Shown here one piece after another: positions 48,644 through 61,500 of a stretch of 64,000 nucleotides of DNA (position 1 is the first letter of the stretch; every line of letters begins with the position of its first letter). A model generated the notes under the pieces. That model ran no database searches. It saw nothing but the letters and a program-made list of their open reading frames with translations, and was not told the DNA's origin. Made by a program: the position numbers and the translations under genes. This DNA is from Podarcis tiliguerta. Its lineage: Eukaryota. The stretch lies in NCBI GenBank assembly GCA_965153285.1, contig OZ229113.1; one strand, given 5' to 3'.

Positions 48644-48823
48644 CTTATGCTTAATGCTGGACTGCGGCTGCCCAAATTGCCGCAAGGAACAAGCGGAGAT
48701 TCTGAGATATCCTTTGGGCTCTATGAAGTCTGTGTTTGCACAGATGGAAAGTTGTACTTGGCAGTGGCTGATGTCGTTTCCACTTGCCTGTATTATAGTC
48801 AGGCTTGCGAGATGAGCAGCTAA
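48644..48823 (+). CDS. SGCG: Gamma-sarcoglycan last coding exon (C-terminal cysteine cluster)
   Basis: ttcttccatgcag|CTT...TAA; LMLNAGLRLPKLPQG...LYEVCVCTDGKLYLAVADVVSTCLYYSQACEMSS*; four C-terminal Cys retained; the seven exons sum to 900 nt. Confidence 0.95.
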   Translation, partial: LMLNAGLRLPKLPQGTSGDSEISFGLYEVCVCTDGKLYLAVADVVSTCLYYSQACEMSS

Positions 48824-49046
48824 CACCCCACGCTGCGTGCTTCCAGCCTGCTGCTATTTTCATGTGGGATTCGGTCACATACAGGCAAGCTCAGGTTTTG
48901 CATTTGAAGTTGGTGCCCTTCCACACGTACCCATTTCCCCAAAACTATCAGACTTCTTGTGACATGGGAAAATGCATTGGAAAATGTGAGATAACGCTTG
49001 CCGTATCTTCGTATAATATCCCCGCAAACAAATCAGAATGAATGTC

Positions 49047-49052
49047 AATAAA
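49047..49052 (+). terminator. SGCG: Probable SGCG polyadenylation signal
   Basis: AATAAA about 225 nt after the stop, followed by a T/GT-rich tract (ttctttggctgtttttagtcaggttttgt). Confidence 0.65.
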
Positions 49053-50514
49053 CAGCTTGTCTGGACTACTTTCTTTGGCTGTTTTTAGTCAGGTTTTGTA
49101 GTAGCGTCTAGAGTCACTGATGCTACTACACAGCACAGAAATGCAACATTTACATTTAAAATCGAAATGCATCAAATTGAATTGTATTCAGCATAGAACT
49201 AAGGAGAACATTCCTCCAACCTTCCAGAGCAGATGTGGGGCAGTGCAGGTCACACAGGAGAGAGGGAAAAAGTCCCATTGGAATAGCGTTAATTCAATGC
49301 AAATGTTTAGCTGAACACCACCCAAAATATATGGAAGCAGGTCTACCAAAAGTGCATGGGGGCGGGAAGCTCTACAGCAGAAATGGAGAACCCCAGGCCC
49401 AGGAAACAAATACAGTGCCCCAGGCTTTTTGCTGGCCCCACTCCATGTTCTTGAGATCTTTTGCCTGGCTGAAATGTGTCCTTGAACTGTGATCACGCCT
49501 TTTGCTTGTCTGTCTGGATGGAGGGATGCATGGATGGCTGAAATGTAATCTACTATACAAAGGCCTGGATGGAGAGGAGTGGGTGGGTGGATGCAGAGAC
49601 CACTGTCACATGCATAGTGGAATGTACTGTAGCTTACTATGCAAAGGATGAGAGTCAGGCCCATTGCTCTGCCCCGTTTTGCCTCCGACCCCATCCACCA
49701 CTGGCATGCAACCCCTGGAAGACTGCCCACAAAGCAATACGGCTCTCAGATTGGAAAAAGGTTCTCTAACCCTGTTGTAAATGCAGAAAGGGAAAGGTAG
49801 ATGAGCTGGGCAGTTCTTCCAGGCACAATTCCCCTTCTCTGCTACTCCATATGGTATGGCCATCTGAGGTCCCCTGCTCTGGCTTGCTTCATGGACCACA
49901 AAGGAAGAGAAGGTTAGCCCTGAGTACTCTTTCTATCCGTTAGTCCCCAGAAATAACTTCTGCTCATCCTTGTGAGGCAGTGCTCTCCGCAGCATATAAA
50001 ATGAAACACAGTAGAAAATACAGGTTAAAATTGATTTATCACAACACACATGGAATAGGCTTCTTTCATAATTCAGATTTGTCATCGACCCTGGATTTGT
50101 GAACTTTAGAGGTTAATAAATATGCATTTTTAATGTTGCTGGGCTTTTTATATTAAAAAACACAAAGTAAATTTACTATGAACGTCCTATGATGAAATTA
50201 TTTGTTGTTTTTTTAAAAAGATGTGGGCAGAAAAATATGAATATACTGGAATAGTTAGTTTGAGATCATGATGGCATTAGAATGAAATAGCCTCTGCATG
50301 AAAAAGTAAATCTGCAATGGTTCGCCAAAAGCAATTGGGGTAGTAAATCAATTAATAGACATTTTATCATCACAAAAAGAGCAGCAGGGATGGGAAAGAG
50401 GGCCTGGTTGATTCACCAAAGTGAGTTCTCCCCCCTCTGCTAAAGGTCCTGGTGAAAGAAGTCTCATATAAATATACATAAATATTCAACACACCAATTT
50501 GAAGAATCTTCAAG

Positions 50515-52516
50515 TTTATTATTAAAATCATTTTATGGCACTTAACAACAGAAATAATCATACGGCTTTGCAACCAGAAGGTTCAAAGCCTAGATTTTCT
50601 TGAGATATTTTCTACACTGAAAGCCCTTTTATTATTTACACATTTTCTTAAAGAGCTTTTGTCAACTATTTTGTCCTTCTGTATTGCAATAATTTTGGTT
50701 GTAATTTATCTAACCTCATCTTACTCCTATTTTATTTTACATTCTTTACATAAAATTATAGTTTCAGTGTACTAATCAAGTAAATAATTGTGACAGTTAG
50801 GTAATAATGGAACATAAATACTATCCACAGCAGCTTTATTTTACATGTTGTCATGATTTTCTTTACAAATATTGAATAATTTACATGGCATTATCAAAAG
50901 TATTACAATTTATAAAAGAAAAATTATGAACTAAAAATCAGACATCTCATGTGCCACAGTGTGAGACAAAATCAAAAAGCATAACATTGCAGCACCATTT
51001 AATATGTAATAAAAAATTATCCCACCGTATACCAAAATATTTTACGACATTATACTATTTCCAAGGATGGCTCATGAGAAAAATATATAAACAAAACAAA
51101 AAGTTGAAGTAAGACGACTACTTAAAAAAAAAAAGAGTTTTGGTGTGCAGTTTCCGTTTCAAAAACCCTAAAGAAAATCAAGTATTTTACTAGGTAATGC
51201 ACATGCAATTCTCATTCAACAAAAGATGTAACAATGTCAAAAACACATAAGGTATGTTATAAGAAAATAAGTCTTGTGTTTAAGTCATCAAACATTAAGG
51301 AATAAAATACTGTGCTGTGTCAAAGGTCCCTTAGCAACCTCTGATGTAATGTTTGATGTAAAACTGCAGCAAATCTATAAATCAGATCCTGCAGATCGTA
51401 TTACTGTGAGTGAAATGAATGTCCATAGCAAACAAATGAATACACAGAATGCTTCAAAGTGACTTTTCTCCAAACTTTTCAATTCCTTAAAAGAGAGTAA
51501 CATACTCAGTCTTACATTAGTACACTGAAAAATGACACCACCTCATACCATAAAACTGAACGGATGCAATCTGGGGATACATACATATATATCTCTGCAC
51601 ATACAAACAGATTTTACCGACATAGTCCTAGGCTTTGGTTACATAAAGTGCAGTTCAGCCCTGTGAATTTTACCGTTGTACTGTGTACATAACTATATTT
51701 TACAGCTCAGTCTCCCTGCAAATCTTTAAATACATGTTCTACGGTTTTGCTAATAAGAAGCTGTTGCTTAAAACAAGATTGTGTAACATTTAAATCCTGT
51801 GTACCTTGGGCTGAACAAGATGTTCACTACCAGATCCGGGGATGTCATCAAACTGTTGCAAAGCAGCAGTGGGGAAGCACAATTTACAATGGAGAAATGT
51901 CTGAGAGCAAAGAGCCAATTAATCCTTCTGCCTATCACTTTCCCTTTGCAACATGCCCTCATGTTCCCCAGTCAGGTCCCAGGCGCTCATTTGCTTTGTT
52001 ACAGGAGAAAATGGGAGGCCACAAGAAAGAAGTGTTGGGCCAAGGAAGGATTAAAAACTCCCATCAAACACTTTTCTACTGTCAATCGTGTCCTTCCCCG
52101 GCTGCTTTTGCAGCAAAGCATGTTCAGTGATAGTCGAGTTTCCCAAATCCAGGTCTGCCATGGAACATCTAATTTGGCCCTCATTGCCACAGAAATATAT
52201 GCATTTTATTTATAAGCTGCTAGGAACTGCATAGCTTCCAAAGTACAGTAACTGCATGAGTAAGTCACATTTTATTCCATCACATTAGTATATAGCTTTT
52301 GCTAGCAAAAGTGAATTCAGATCTTATCGCATCTGTGACCGTGATTTCCTCCCCCCACCCCCACCGCACAAGAGGATGACTCCCACCCCTGTCACACAAA
52401 GCTGTATGGTTGGTTGCATGACACATCAAACAGTAGCATGCCACCCAAAAACAATAGCTTGGAGAAAACTGGCTGGAAACATGGCATGTCTATATGAAAC
52501 CACCATGTCTTTAACC
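50515..52516 (-). other. SACS: Probable SACS 3' UTR with several candidate poly(A) signals
   Basis: AT-rich stretch after the stop with no recognisable TE; minus-strand AATAAA at 50835-50840, 50731-50736, 50628-50633 and 50515-50520; the true 3' end cannot be determined. Confidence 0.5.
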
Positions 52517-55500
52517 TCATACCTTTTGCTGTATAAAATTTTCAAGTTTTATGATAATGCATGCTGTACACTCCATCACTCTCATAGCAACTTCAGAAGT
52601 GAACCTGTCATTTGGAATCTGCGGAAAAGGAAGGAGGTCTGGATAGCGAGTTTTTAAGCTATCGACTCCATATGCTTCCAGTGTGTGGACATCGTTTGTA
52701 AGGCCTTCAAGCTGTTGGCTATATTCCTCAATCTTTTGTGCCAGTGCAGTAGGTTTCACATCTTTATCAGACTTGCCCCTTACGGCATAATCGGCAGCAA
52801 TCAAAGCAAGCTTGGTAGACAAGTAACATTTAAAGCAAACCCATTCGTTGGCATTTTTATGAAGGTCATTTCTTGCTGCTGAAAAGTTTGCTCTAGCTTG
52901 CCGTAACCACCTACGAGCCTCAACAGGATTTCCAACTGACTTGAACGTAGGTGGCATAAAAAACCGCTGGGAATATGAAGGACCTGTAGAAGATGGACAT
53001 TTCTCTTTAGACTGTTGTCTTTCAGATTTGTGACTCGTTGCTTCCTGGTTCCATGAAGTATAAAACCTTTGAAATGAAAATTTGTCTGATTGAAATCGAG
53101 AAGCTGATGATGAAAATGTTCTTCTGGATGCCCTATCTGCATTTTGGTCAATAAAAGCCTGCTTTTCCAATCTGTTGATCTCATTTTGTAAATGCTTGAA
53201 AACTTCGTTGGCAATATCAAGGTTCTCTGCATTTTTGTCTGGATGCCACTTAAGATACAGCCTTCTTATGATCTTTTTCCTTTCAGATTCTGGAAGCTTC
53301 CAAGCTTGTTCCATCACAGATGTAACTTCCCTCAAAATCTCTGATAAAGAATTTGCTTTGGCCTTTTTGGGAGAATGATGTTTAGATGAAGAGGAGGAGG
53401 AGGAGGTGGAGGATTTGTGGCTCTCTCTTCCGGGAAAATGAGGAGGAATTGTTCTTGGCCCATGCGGTAGAAATTCCGTGGGACTTGTTGGGGTAGATGG
53501 TGCACTGCCCCTGCTCTGAGAACTTTCATCAGGCCTTGAGAACTTGTACAAATCAAGAGAGCTCACGATCTTGTACTCGCTGTATCCAATGTCAATCTGA
53601 TAAATCTTGCCCAGGAAACTGGAATTTTCATCATCTTCCCTTTCTACTTCTTGCACAATGATAGCATATGTATAGGTGGGATGGTACGACCCATAGATAT
53701 CACCGCCTTCAGCATCGACAAGATAGCCAACGTATTCACCAGGATAGAAAACATTCATTGGATCCATAAGAAGAGTATAGTGGATTTCAGTTGGTATAGG
53801 AGTGCCAGGCATAGGTAGTTCAAGCTTTGATGGTTCTGAAGAGTCATACTTCACACCTAAACTGTCAAGCTTCTCACTAATTCTATAAATATCATTGCAA
53901 CCCAACATAGCAATTAAATAGGATGTATCAGAAATCAGATTATCAGTTGCAGATTTCAGGGTCATTGCTAATGCTAGAAGGAAATTGATGTCTTTGCTAT
54001 CGGAGTGCTGTATATAGAGCAATATTACTGCATTTCCATATCTCTTTAAAAAGGCGAATGTTTCACTTCTGCTGTGAGGAATAGGAGCAAAACCTTTTAC
54101 TCTCAGTGTTGTTTGCAACTTCTCAAAACAAGAAACTTTCAAGCCTTCTCTCAAGGTTTTGCAAAGTTTTATGGCTTTCTCTTCATTGGCTAAGAATGCA
54201 TTGTCATTTTCGTGTTTCATAATTCTAATTAGTCCCGTGATGAACTGTTCAGAAGACAGCAGTAACTGGAGCCTGCCTTGGAGAGAACAAAGTGCTCCAA
54301 ACTGACAAATTTTGGGTGACTCTTCATCCAACTGCTCCTCAAGGATACTGCTGAGGAGACGGGGTCGCAGCTTCTGGGGAAACAGCATTATCAGTTTGGT
54401 GTGAAAACCATGGTCTTTTCCTAAGTAACACTGGCTAAGATCAACAAGCATTTGAACACCAATGTTTCCTTGTATTCTACTTTTGTAATGTGGTGCATCA
54501 TCAAAAACTAAGATGCTTGATTTCACCAATCTACCATCTTGGCTTGGAAGATAAAGAGCCAGATCTCGCACATTTTCAAGCTCATTTCTAACCTTCACAG
54601 AATCATTTTGAAGGCTTTTAAACAGGCCAGAAACAACTCGTTTAACAGTACGCATTTCATTAGGATCAAGCTGTTTTCCTTCAGAGTTCTTGAATATGCG
54701 ACTCAGAACCTCAACATACTGCTTTGTTGAAATAACATCTTCAGTGCCTAAGTGTTTAAATAGTTGGTGGAAGGTGCCAAGTTCTAATGGAAGTTTGTAC
54801 AAGTAAGGTTTGAAGTCAGATTCATACTCAAGATTTATTACGACTTCCTCAGGCTTCAACAGCTTCCAACCTTCTTCAACCATTACAAAAGCAACCCCCC
54901 GAAGCTGAAACCGGAATTCTCTTTTGTCTGTACTAAGAAATTCATAGATGCTCCTTAGGACTTTAACCCTTGTTTTTACCATATCTTCATCCAAAGTTGT
55001 TATATTACATATATTTCTGCAGTTATTTATAACTTTGTCTAGAGGCGGGTCCAAGTTCACATTAAGCATAGTCAAAACCTGCTCAAGTTGTTCCTGTGGA
55101 CCAAGACTGCTTCCTTCTTGTTCTTTGATACTTAAAGGCGTAGCTTTTTCTGGAAGGATAGGACACGAAGTCCAAAGGAGCTGCAAAACATCACTCTGTT
55201 TGAATTTTGGGTTTACTTGGGCTCCACTGAACTTTATAAGAGGGAGTGTTCCATTAACCTCTTGATACTGTGGATGGAATCTTACAATTTCTGCCGGAGC
55301 ACGTTCTGGACACAAGAATGCTATTAAAGACAATTCTTTAAGGAAGTTTCCAGATAGCAAATCAGTTCTTTCTTGAAATATGTGATGAAGGAGGACATCC
55401 ACTGTATTCTGCAGTGTATCCTTAGTCCAGTTTTCAGTGTTGGCTCTCATACTGATCTCTTTAGCAAACTGCAGTAACTGCTGCTGGGAAATTACATATT

Positions 55501-58500
55501 TTAGTCCCATATTTCGGAGAAATGCTACCCATGATGCAAGGAATGCAGCACGGTTTTTTGGTTTTGTGAGCTGCTCCAGTTTCTTAAAGAAGTCTTGGGG
55601 TATGAACAGCTTTTCGGGAAGCATAACTTCAAAAACTCTTACGGTCCTATCATAAAAATGTTTTGCAGGTTTTAATCTATTGCACGCATCATGAATTATC
55701 AAAAAGCTCTCTAGCTTCTCAAACAGCTGTTCCTTTATTTCTAAAGATTCTTCAATGCTAGAGAGCCTGTTCTTTAAGTAAATCAGATGTTCTAATTTTG
55801 CATCATAAGACAGACTTTCAATCTTTGGTAAAAGATGCTTCAAATAAACTTCAAGGTCATCTACTGGAACACACCCAAGTACAGTGTACAGGTCTTTTAA
55901 ATGGATTTTCTCTTCCAGAAAGGCAGCTGAAGATGATTGTGTCCATCTATCCACCTCAACAGAGGGGATAGTTCTTGTGAGTACATAACATGCTCCACAT
56001 TTTGAAATGCTGATGTATCGTCCACTGATAGATTTGTAGCACGGAAGCGACCTCAAAATTTTAATGTCGTCCTCAGATGTCAAATGACTTAGGTTGCAGT
56101 TGAAGTACATCAGGAGGGCCTCAAAATCATTCTCGGCTAATTTTTCAGTCTTAAATGTTGATGTCTGAACCATGTAATGTATGGCTTTTAAAATGCTTGA
56201 AGGGTTGTCTATATTTGCTGTGTGTCCTGACAAAAGGGGCACTAGAGCATTGTCCTTGGAGCAAATTTTGTTCAAAGCAAGTTGAATACAACCAGTTTTC
56301 ATCAAAGCATGAAAAACTTTATCAGTCTGAGAATTTGGGAACAGAGCTATATGCATAAGACTGAGCGGAAGCAGGACATCGCAATCTGGTACAACAAGCT
56401 GATTAGAGGATACGGTAAATTTTGTACCTGGAAGCAATGCCCAGTCCTTCAAAGTATCAACAACAGCATCAAATGTTGGTTTTGCATCTTCCTGGTCATC
56501 TTTCACATTTACAGATTCACCAATAAAATGCCACGTGTTCTTCAGCCATGATTCACTTGCAAAATTCTCCTTCCATCTCACACAACCTCTGGTTTTGTAT
56601 TCTCTTGGCAAGACAGAAGGCAACAAATCAGCAAAGCTGGTAATATCAAAGACTTTTGCTACATTGCATTTCAGTAAAATATTGCTGTACCGCAAGTACA
56701 GTGTGTTCATAAACAGATCTTTACGAGACGGAATCAGTTCATGATAGGTAGTTAAGAATTTTGGGCGCTTTGAATCAAAAATTTGCAGTACACTATCAAG
56801 TGTAATGAGCAGAGGTAATCCTTCAATGAGGATTTCATTTTCTTCTGTGTCTTTAAAACAGTAGTCAACAAGAAGTTTTAAACTGTGGAAAAGCTTTAAA
56901 TTTGTCTGCTGAAGTCGACAAGGCAGCTTTCCAATGTGGCAATTAGAATCCGGAGAGGAAAATGTCATCAAAAATGATCGGACATCAGCTGAAGTCACAT
57001 AGCTCACTGGAATATCTGCATCCACAAGACAGTGATAAAGATTTGCAGTTTCATCACAGCTATAGATCAAGTTGAAGCCAATTTCTAAGAGGAGATGTTT
57101 GAGTCTATACACATTTTCTGCTACTGTTTTGCGTGTTGTAATGTTGTACTCTACATTTTTGAGGTGTTGCAACTCATCTTGTAACAAATTGTCAAAGAAT
57201 GGCCTAGCTTTGCTTGAGGTAGACATATTAACCCATGTAATGATAATTGCAGAATGCAAATCAGAGCCATCGACATTTGGAGCTCGCACAACAGGTAGGA
57301 GACGTTTGGATTCCTCATGAATGCAGCTGTAAACTGCTTTCACTAAGCAATACCAATCAGGCTGCAGGTCAAGTCTGTTAACGGGGAAGAAGGACAGAAA
57401 CTTTTTCAAAGTGTCTTTCACTGTATGCATAGATGTGTTGTGTAGCACAGACACTGTTGGATCGGTACCTTGAAAGTAACGTTTCTTCAGCTGAATCAAA
57501 AGTTCTACATAGGCCGGTGCAATCAATGCTGTCATTAAACTATTATTCCAGTCACTTCGTACTCCAACTCCGTTATCATCACGCCACAGATTTCGCCTGG
57601 CAGAATCCAGGGCAAAGTGTCCATTCACATGAAATGGTAACCCAGTTTCTAAGGACAGGGGTAAGAAACAAAATGCCCTATGAGGTTTTTTGTAGTTGTG
57701 AGTAATACATGCAGCAACTCCCCCTCGGGGGAAGAGAGTAATGTCCTCATTCTTATGAGCTGATACAACACTCTTGGATACCTTTTCAATGTTGGAAAAA
57801 CCTGACCTGTTGCAAATTAACCAGGCTGTGAGGTTACCTTCAGAGTCTTCAGTATCCATAGTGTAAGTGATTTGTTGCACAGGTATCTTGCTAAGCTCTT
57901 TCTTCTTAGTGACACTGTCAATTACAGAAGCATGGAATTGCTTTCGTTTCAGTCTATCGCCATCAGTTACTTTTCCTGTTACAGAATATAACACATTAAG
58001 TGCTCCTGTTGTTTTCTCTATTTCACAAATAGAAATTTTTTCCATGTGGTTCAAAAACATCAAGAGTTCTGCTCCATCTGTACGCAGCTTATCTAGAAGA
58101 TTTTGCACCATTCTGTCTGAGCACGGCACTGGGGAGATTTCGGACGTTTTTGCCATTTCTGTATTGCGAAGTGGAAATCTAAACATTGTGCAGTTTTCTA
58201 GTTTAAAGTGATCTCCTAAATAGAGATCCAAGACATCTGAGAACTGTGTTCTGAAATCGGCATCCAGGTCCCTAAACATGCGTCCTGGACTAATTGATGT
58301 TGCACCTGGTGCATATCTGGCATGAGGATCAAAGATACAAAGAATATCATTACCAGAAATGAAAGAAGGACAGTCAGTTATGTGATACACGGAATTGAAG
58401 CCTATACCATACTGGCCAGTTTTACATGGATTGCCTTCTTTAGTGCCTTTTCCAAGATTCTGAATTCCTCTAATGTCATCTTCAGTAAAAGGCTGATTGT

Positions 58501-61500
58501 TGAAGACGCACAGTGCAGGCCCTTGAAGTGGAGACCATTTTTCATCAAATATTCTATCAACTGGATGTTGTCTAGGATCAAACACAAAGCAAACTTCTGT
58601 AGCTTTTGCATCATCTGCGTTCTGAAGGAGCTCTTTCAGCATTTCTTTTTCTGATGGATATGCATTAAGAATACTTTTAATTCTGCTTGTCAGTTTTTCT
58701 TTCTGCCCAAATTCAGTCCCAAGGGTAGTAAAACAAATGTTTGATGCATACCTTTCTAAGGCTTTATGTCGCTTGGGTACTGCTCCAAGCTTTACTGCTA
58801 CTTCTCTAGGGATGTCGGCATGACAGTACTTTACAGTTGTATCTTTCACTTTGATCCAAGGGCAGTCATTGTAACACAAAGTATTAGCATGTAGAAGGGC
58901 AAGCTGAGTATCCGGTAACAATATCTCGCCATACTGTTTTTCACAAAATTCTTGCTTCTTTTCTCTGATGAGGCCCCATATTCCTTCACTGATGATTCTC
59001 CTAGAAAGCTGGAAATTTTCTTCAGTCAGTGGTTTAGTTCCTCTTTCCTCATTGATTAACTCAAGAACCAGAGCAAAATCTTCTACTGTAAAAGCATGAC
59101 GCACGCCTACGCTTTCAAATAGCTCACGAAAGCTGTTTCTGTATTTATTAGCCAGTTGATGGAGATATGGCGCTGCCTCAAAGTTAAGATGAAAAGACAC
59201 CTTTGTGGGGTCAACATAGCCATTTTCAACAAGAATGAAACTGCAGTTTTTCAGCTCTTCAATTATGATTGCTTTTGTTGCTCCATTTTGTAGCAGGGCA
59301 TCATGGAGATATTTATAGCAAGCATTGGTGATGTTTTCTTGGTACAAGGTAATTCCATCAAAGGACTTTGCAACTTCTTTCAGCTGGTTTATAACCATAG
59401 TAACAGTTGGTTTCTTAAGCAAGCCTAAAAAATCTTTGACTGCCAGAGAAATGTTCCCACAACCTTTAAAGGAATGGGAATTTTCATTCAGGATTGGTTT
59501 TAACAGACAAACTATATCTTGATAATCAGCAGTGAAAAGGTCCATCGCTGAAAACATTGTCTCAGGGCCAAAATCAGTACCCTTCCAGTGCAAAGAGAAG
59601 CCTGCTGGTTTTGTGAGAAATGGCAGAAATGGTATTGTTTGGAACTTTGCAGCCAATTCTTTAGCTCTAGGATCTCTGCATTTAATTTTTTCATCTATGA
59701 GACTTAACAGAATACTGCTTCTAAGACAAGCTGAAGCATGATCAGTCTTGTTGATTTCTGCTACAGATTCGGCACGTTCAACCAAGTCTTCCCAACAAAT
59801 ATCGTCTTTAGCCATACCTAGCTGAACTAATTTGACCAAAATCACGGGGTTAAGGTAATCTTGACTGGTGCCATAGGGAAATCTTCCATCTTCTTTATCG
59901 TACAACTTTGCAACTCGACCTTCAGGATGGATCAGTCTTGAAGGTTCCACCAGAGGGTGCTCAGTCAAAGAACAGGGAATACATGGTGTAACACAGAGAA
60001 TTTCTGAGAACTCACTAACCTTTTCACTCAGAACATAGTGCATTAAAGGATCACGAAGCTCTGCCTCAATCTCTTGGATATTTGGGAAAAAGACTTCAGA
60101 AAAGAATTGCCTCTCTGAAAAAGTATTATCTAGTAACACCTGTTTACACCCTGCTTCTTCAAAGCCTGCTTTGACCCAAGATGGAAGGTCTACAGCACAG
60201 AGATTTTTTGAGCCAGTTTTTTTAAGGTACTTTAGAAAAATATTAAAAGCTGCAGGTCCTATGTCTGGACGTTTCAAGAGTGAATCATCTAAGAATCTCA
60301 CATTCTTCATAGACACCCAAGATGAACCATCAGAGAACACTCTGATCCCTTCTTTGCCTTTTGTGTGAGCTATTTCTTCATAAAACCCCTGACATATGAC
60401 CGAAAAATCATCATGCACTAAGTCAGGATCAGGCCATACTGCATAGTAATTGTAGTCATTTAGCTCCCCACAAACTGCCATGTTGCGTAGAACCACAAGA
60501 GCTTCTAAGTAAGCTTTTACTATAACATGCCGCATAAATACTGTGTTCCACCTTCCTTTTGTGTCAGTTTTCCATATCTCTTTTCTGTTTGATGTAACAG
60601 CAAAAGAGCCATTAATGTGAACAGGCAGACCTGTTTTGATTCGAAGAGGTAAATAGCAGAACACTTCTCCTAAGTTGCTACAATTGGGTTTCACAGTCCA
60701 TTTGTGATCCTGTGCTTCAGATAGCATAACCCCAACTGATCCACATGGGACAAGTCCTAGCCTTCTTCCACTTTCCTGTAATGAGAATTTTAAGGCCTCC
60801 CCAGTATCCATGCAAGAACATATAAGCCATGTTGTAGAGTCTACTGTTTTTTGTGGCAGTTCATCAGCAGGCCTTTTTGTCTGTCCAGATTTAGCCATTT
60901 CAAAGAAAGAAACTGTGTCATCTTCTGGGCCTCTAAAAACTGGAGAATGCAAGTCAGCAATCCGTCTGAACACATGATGAAATTCTTCCACTGTTATCTG
61001 TAATATGCACGATGACTTGGGTGATTCCGTAGGAAGCTTTTTTGTGCTACTGTTGCAAGTTTTCATGAGTTTGGCAGCTTCCTTGAGAACACTGGTAACA
61101 GGGGAAGTTATTGCTTTGGACAAACACAGATTTTTTTTAATAGTCACAGTCTCTTGAGCTACACCAGGGTTGGTCTCCTCGGACTTCAAATACTTCAAAA
61201 CCATGGAGTTTACACACTGAGTAAAAATTATCAGTCTATGTCCACAAATGCTAAACTCATCCACGAGAGAATAGATGTCTGCAGTATTGTAGCAAGTACT
61301 GCTGACTTCACTCACTTTAGCCTCCTGTTGTGTTCTAAAAGAAAGCCTGAAAAGTGTCCCTTTGTAACTGTAAGGAGCCTCCACCGTCAACGGGAGCTGA
61401 CAACCAAACACACCAATAAATGGCTTGAACTGATTAGGAAACTTTCTAAGTCTTTTCTGTTGCTTACTCCAATTAATCTTGATCCCAGGATTAGACTTGT

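Noticed and set aside
36588-48823. SGCG as a pseudogene, or as SGCZ/SGCD
   Set aside because: No stops or frameshifts, canonical in-phase splice sites, a gamma-type MVREQY N-terminus and SACS synteny.
49188-49730. 180-aa minus-strand ORF between SGCG and SACS
   Set aside because: No recognisable domain or exon structure; likely a chance ORF.
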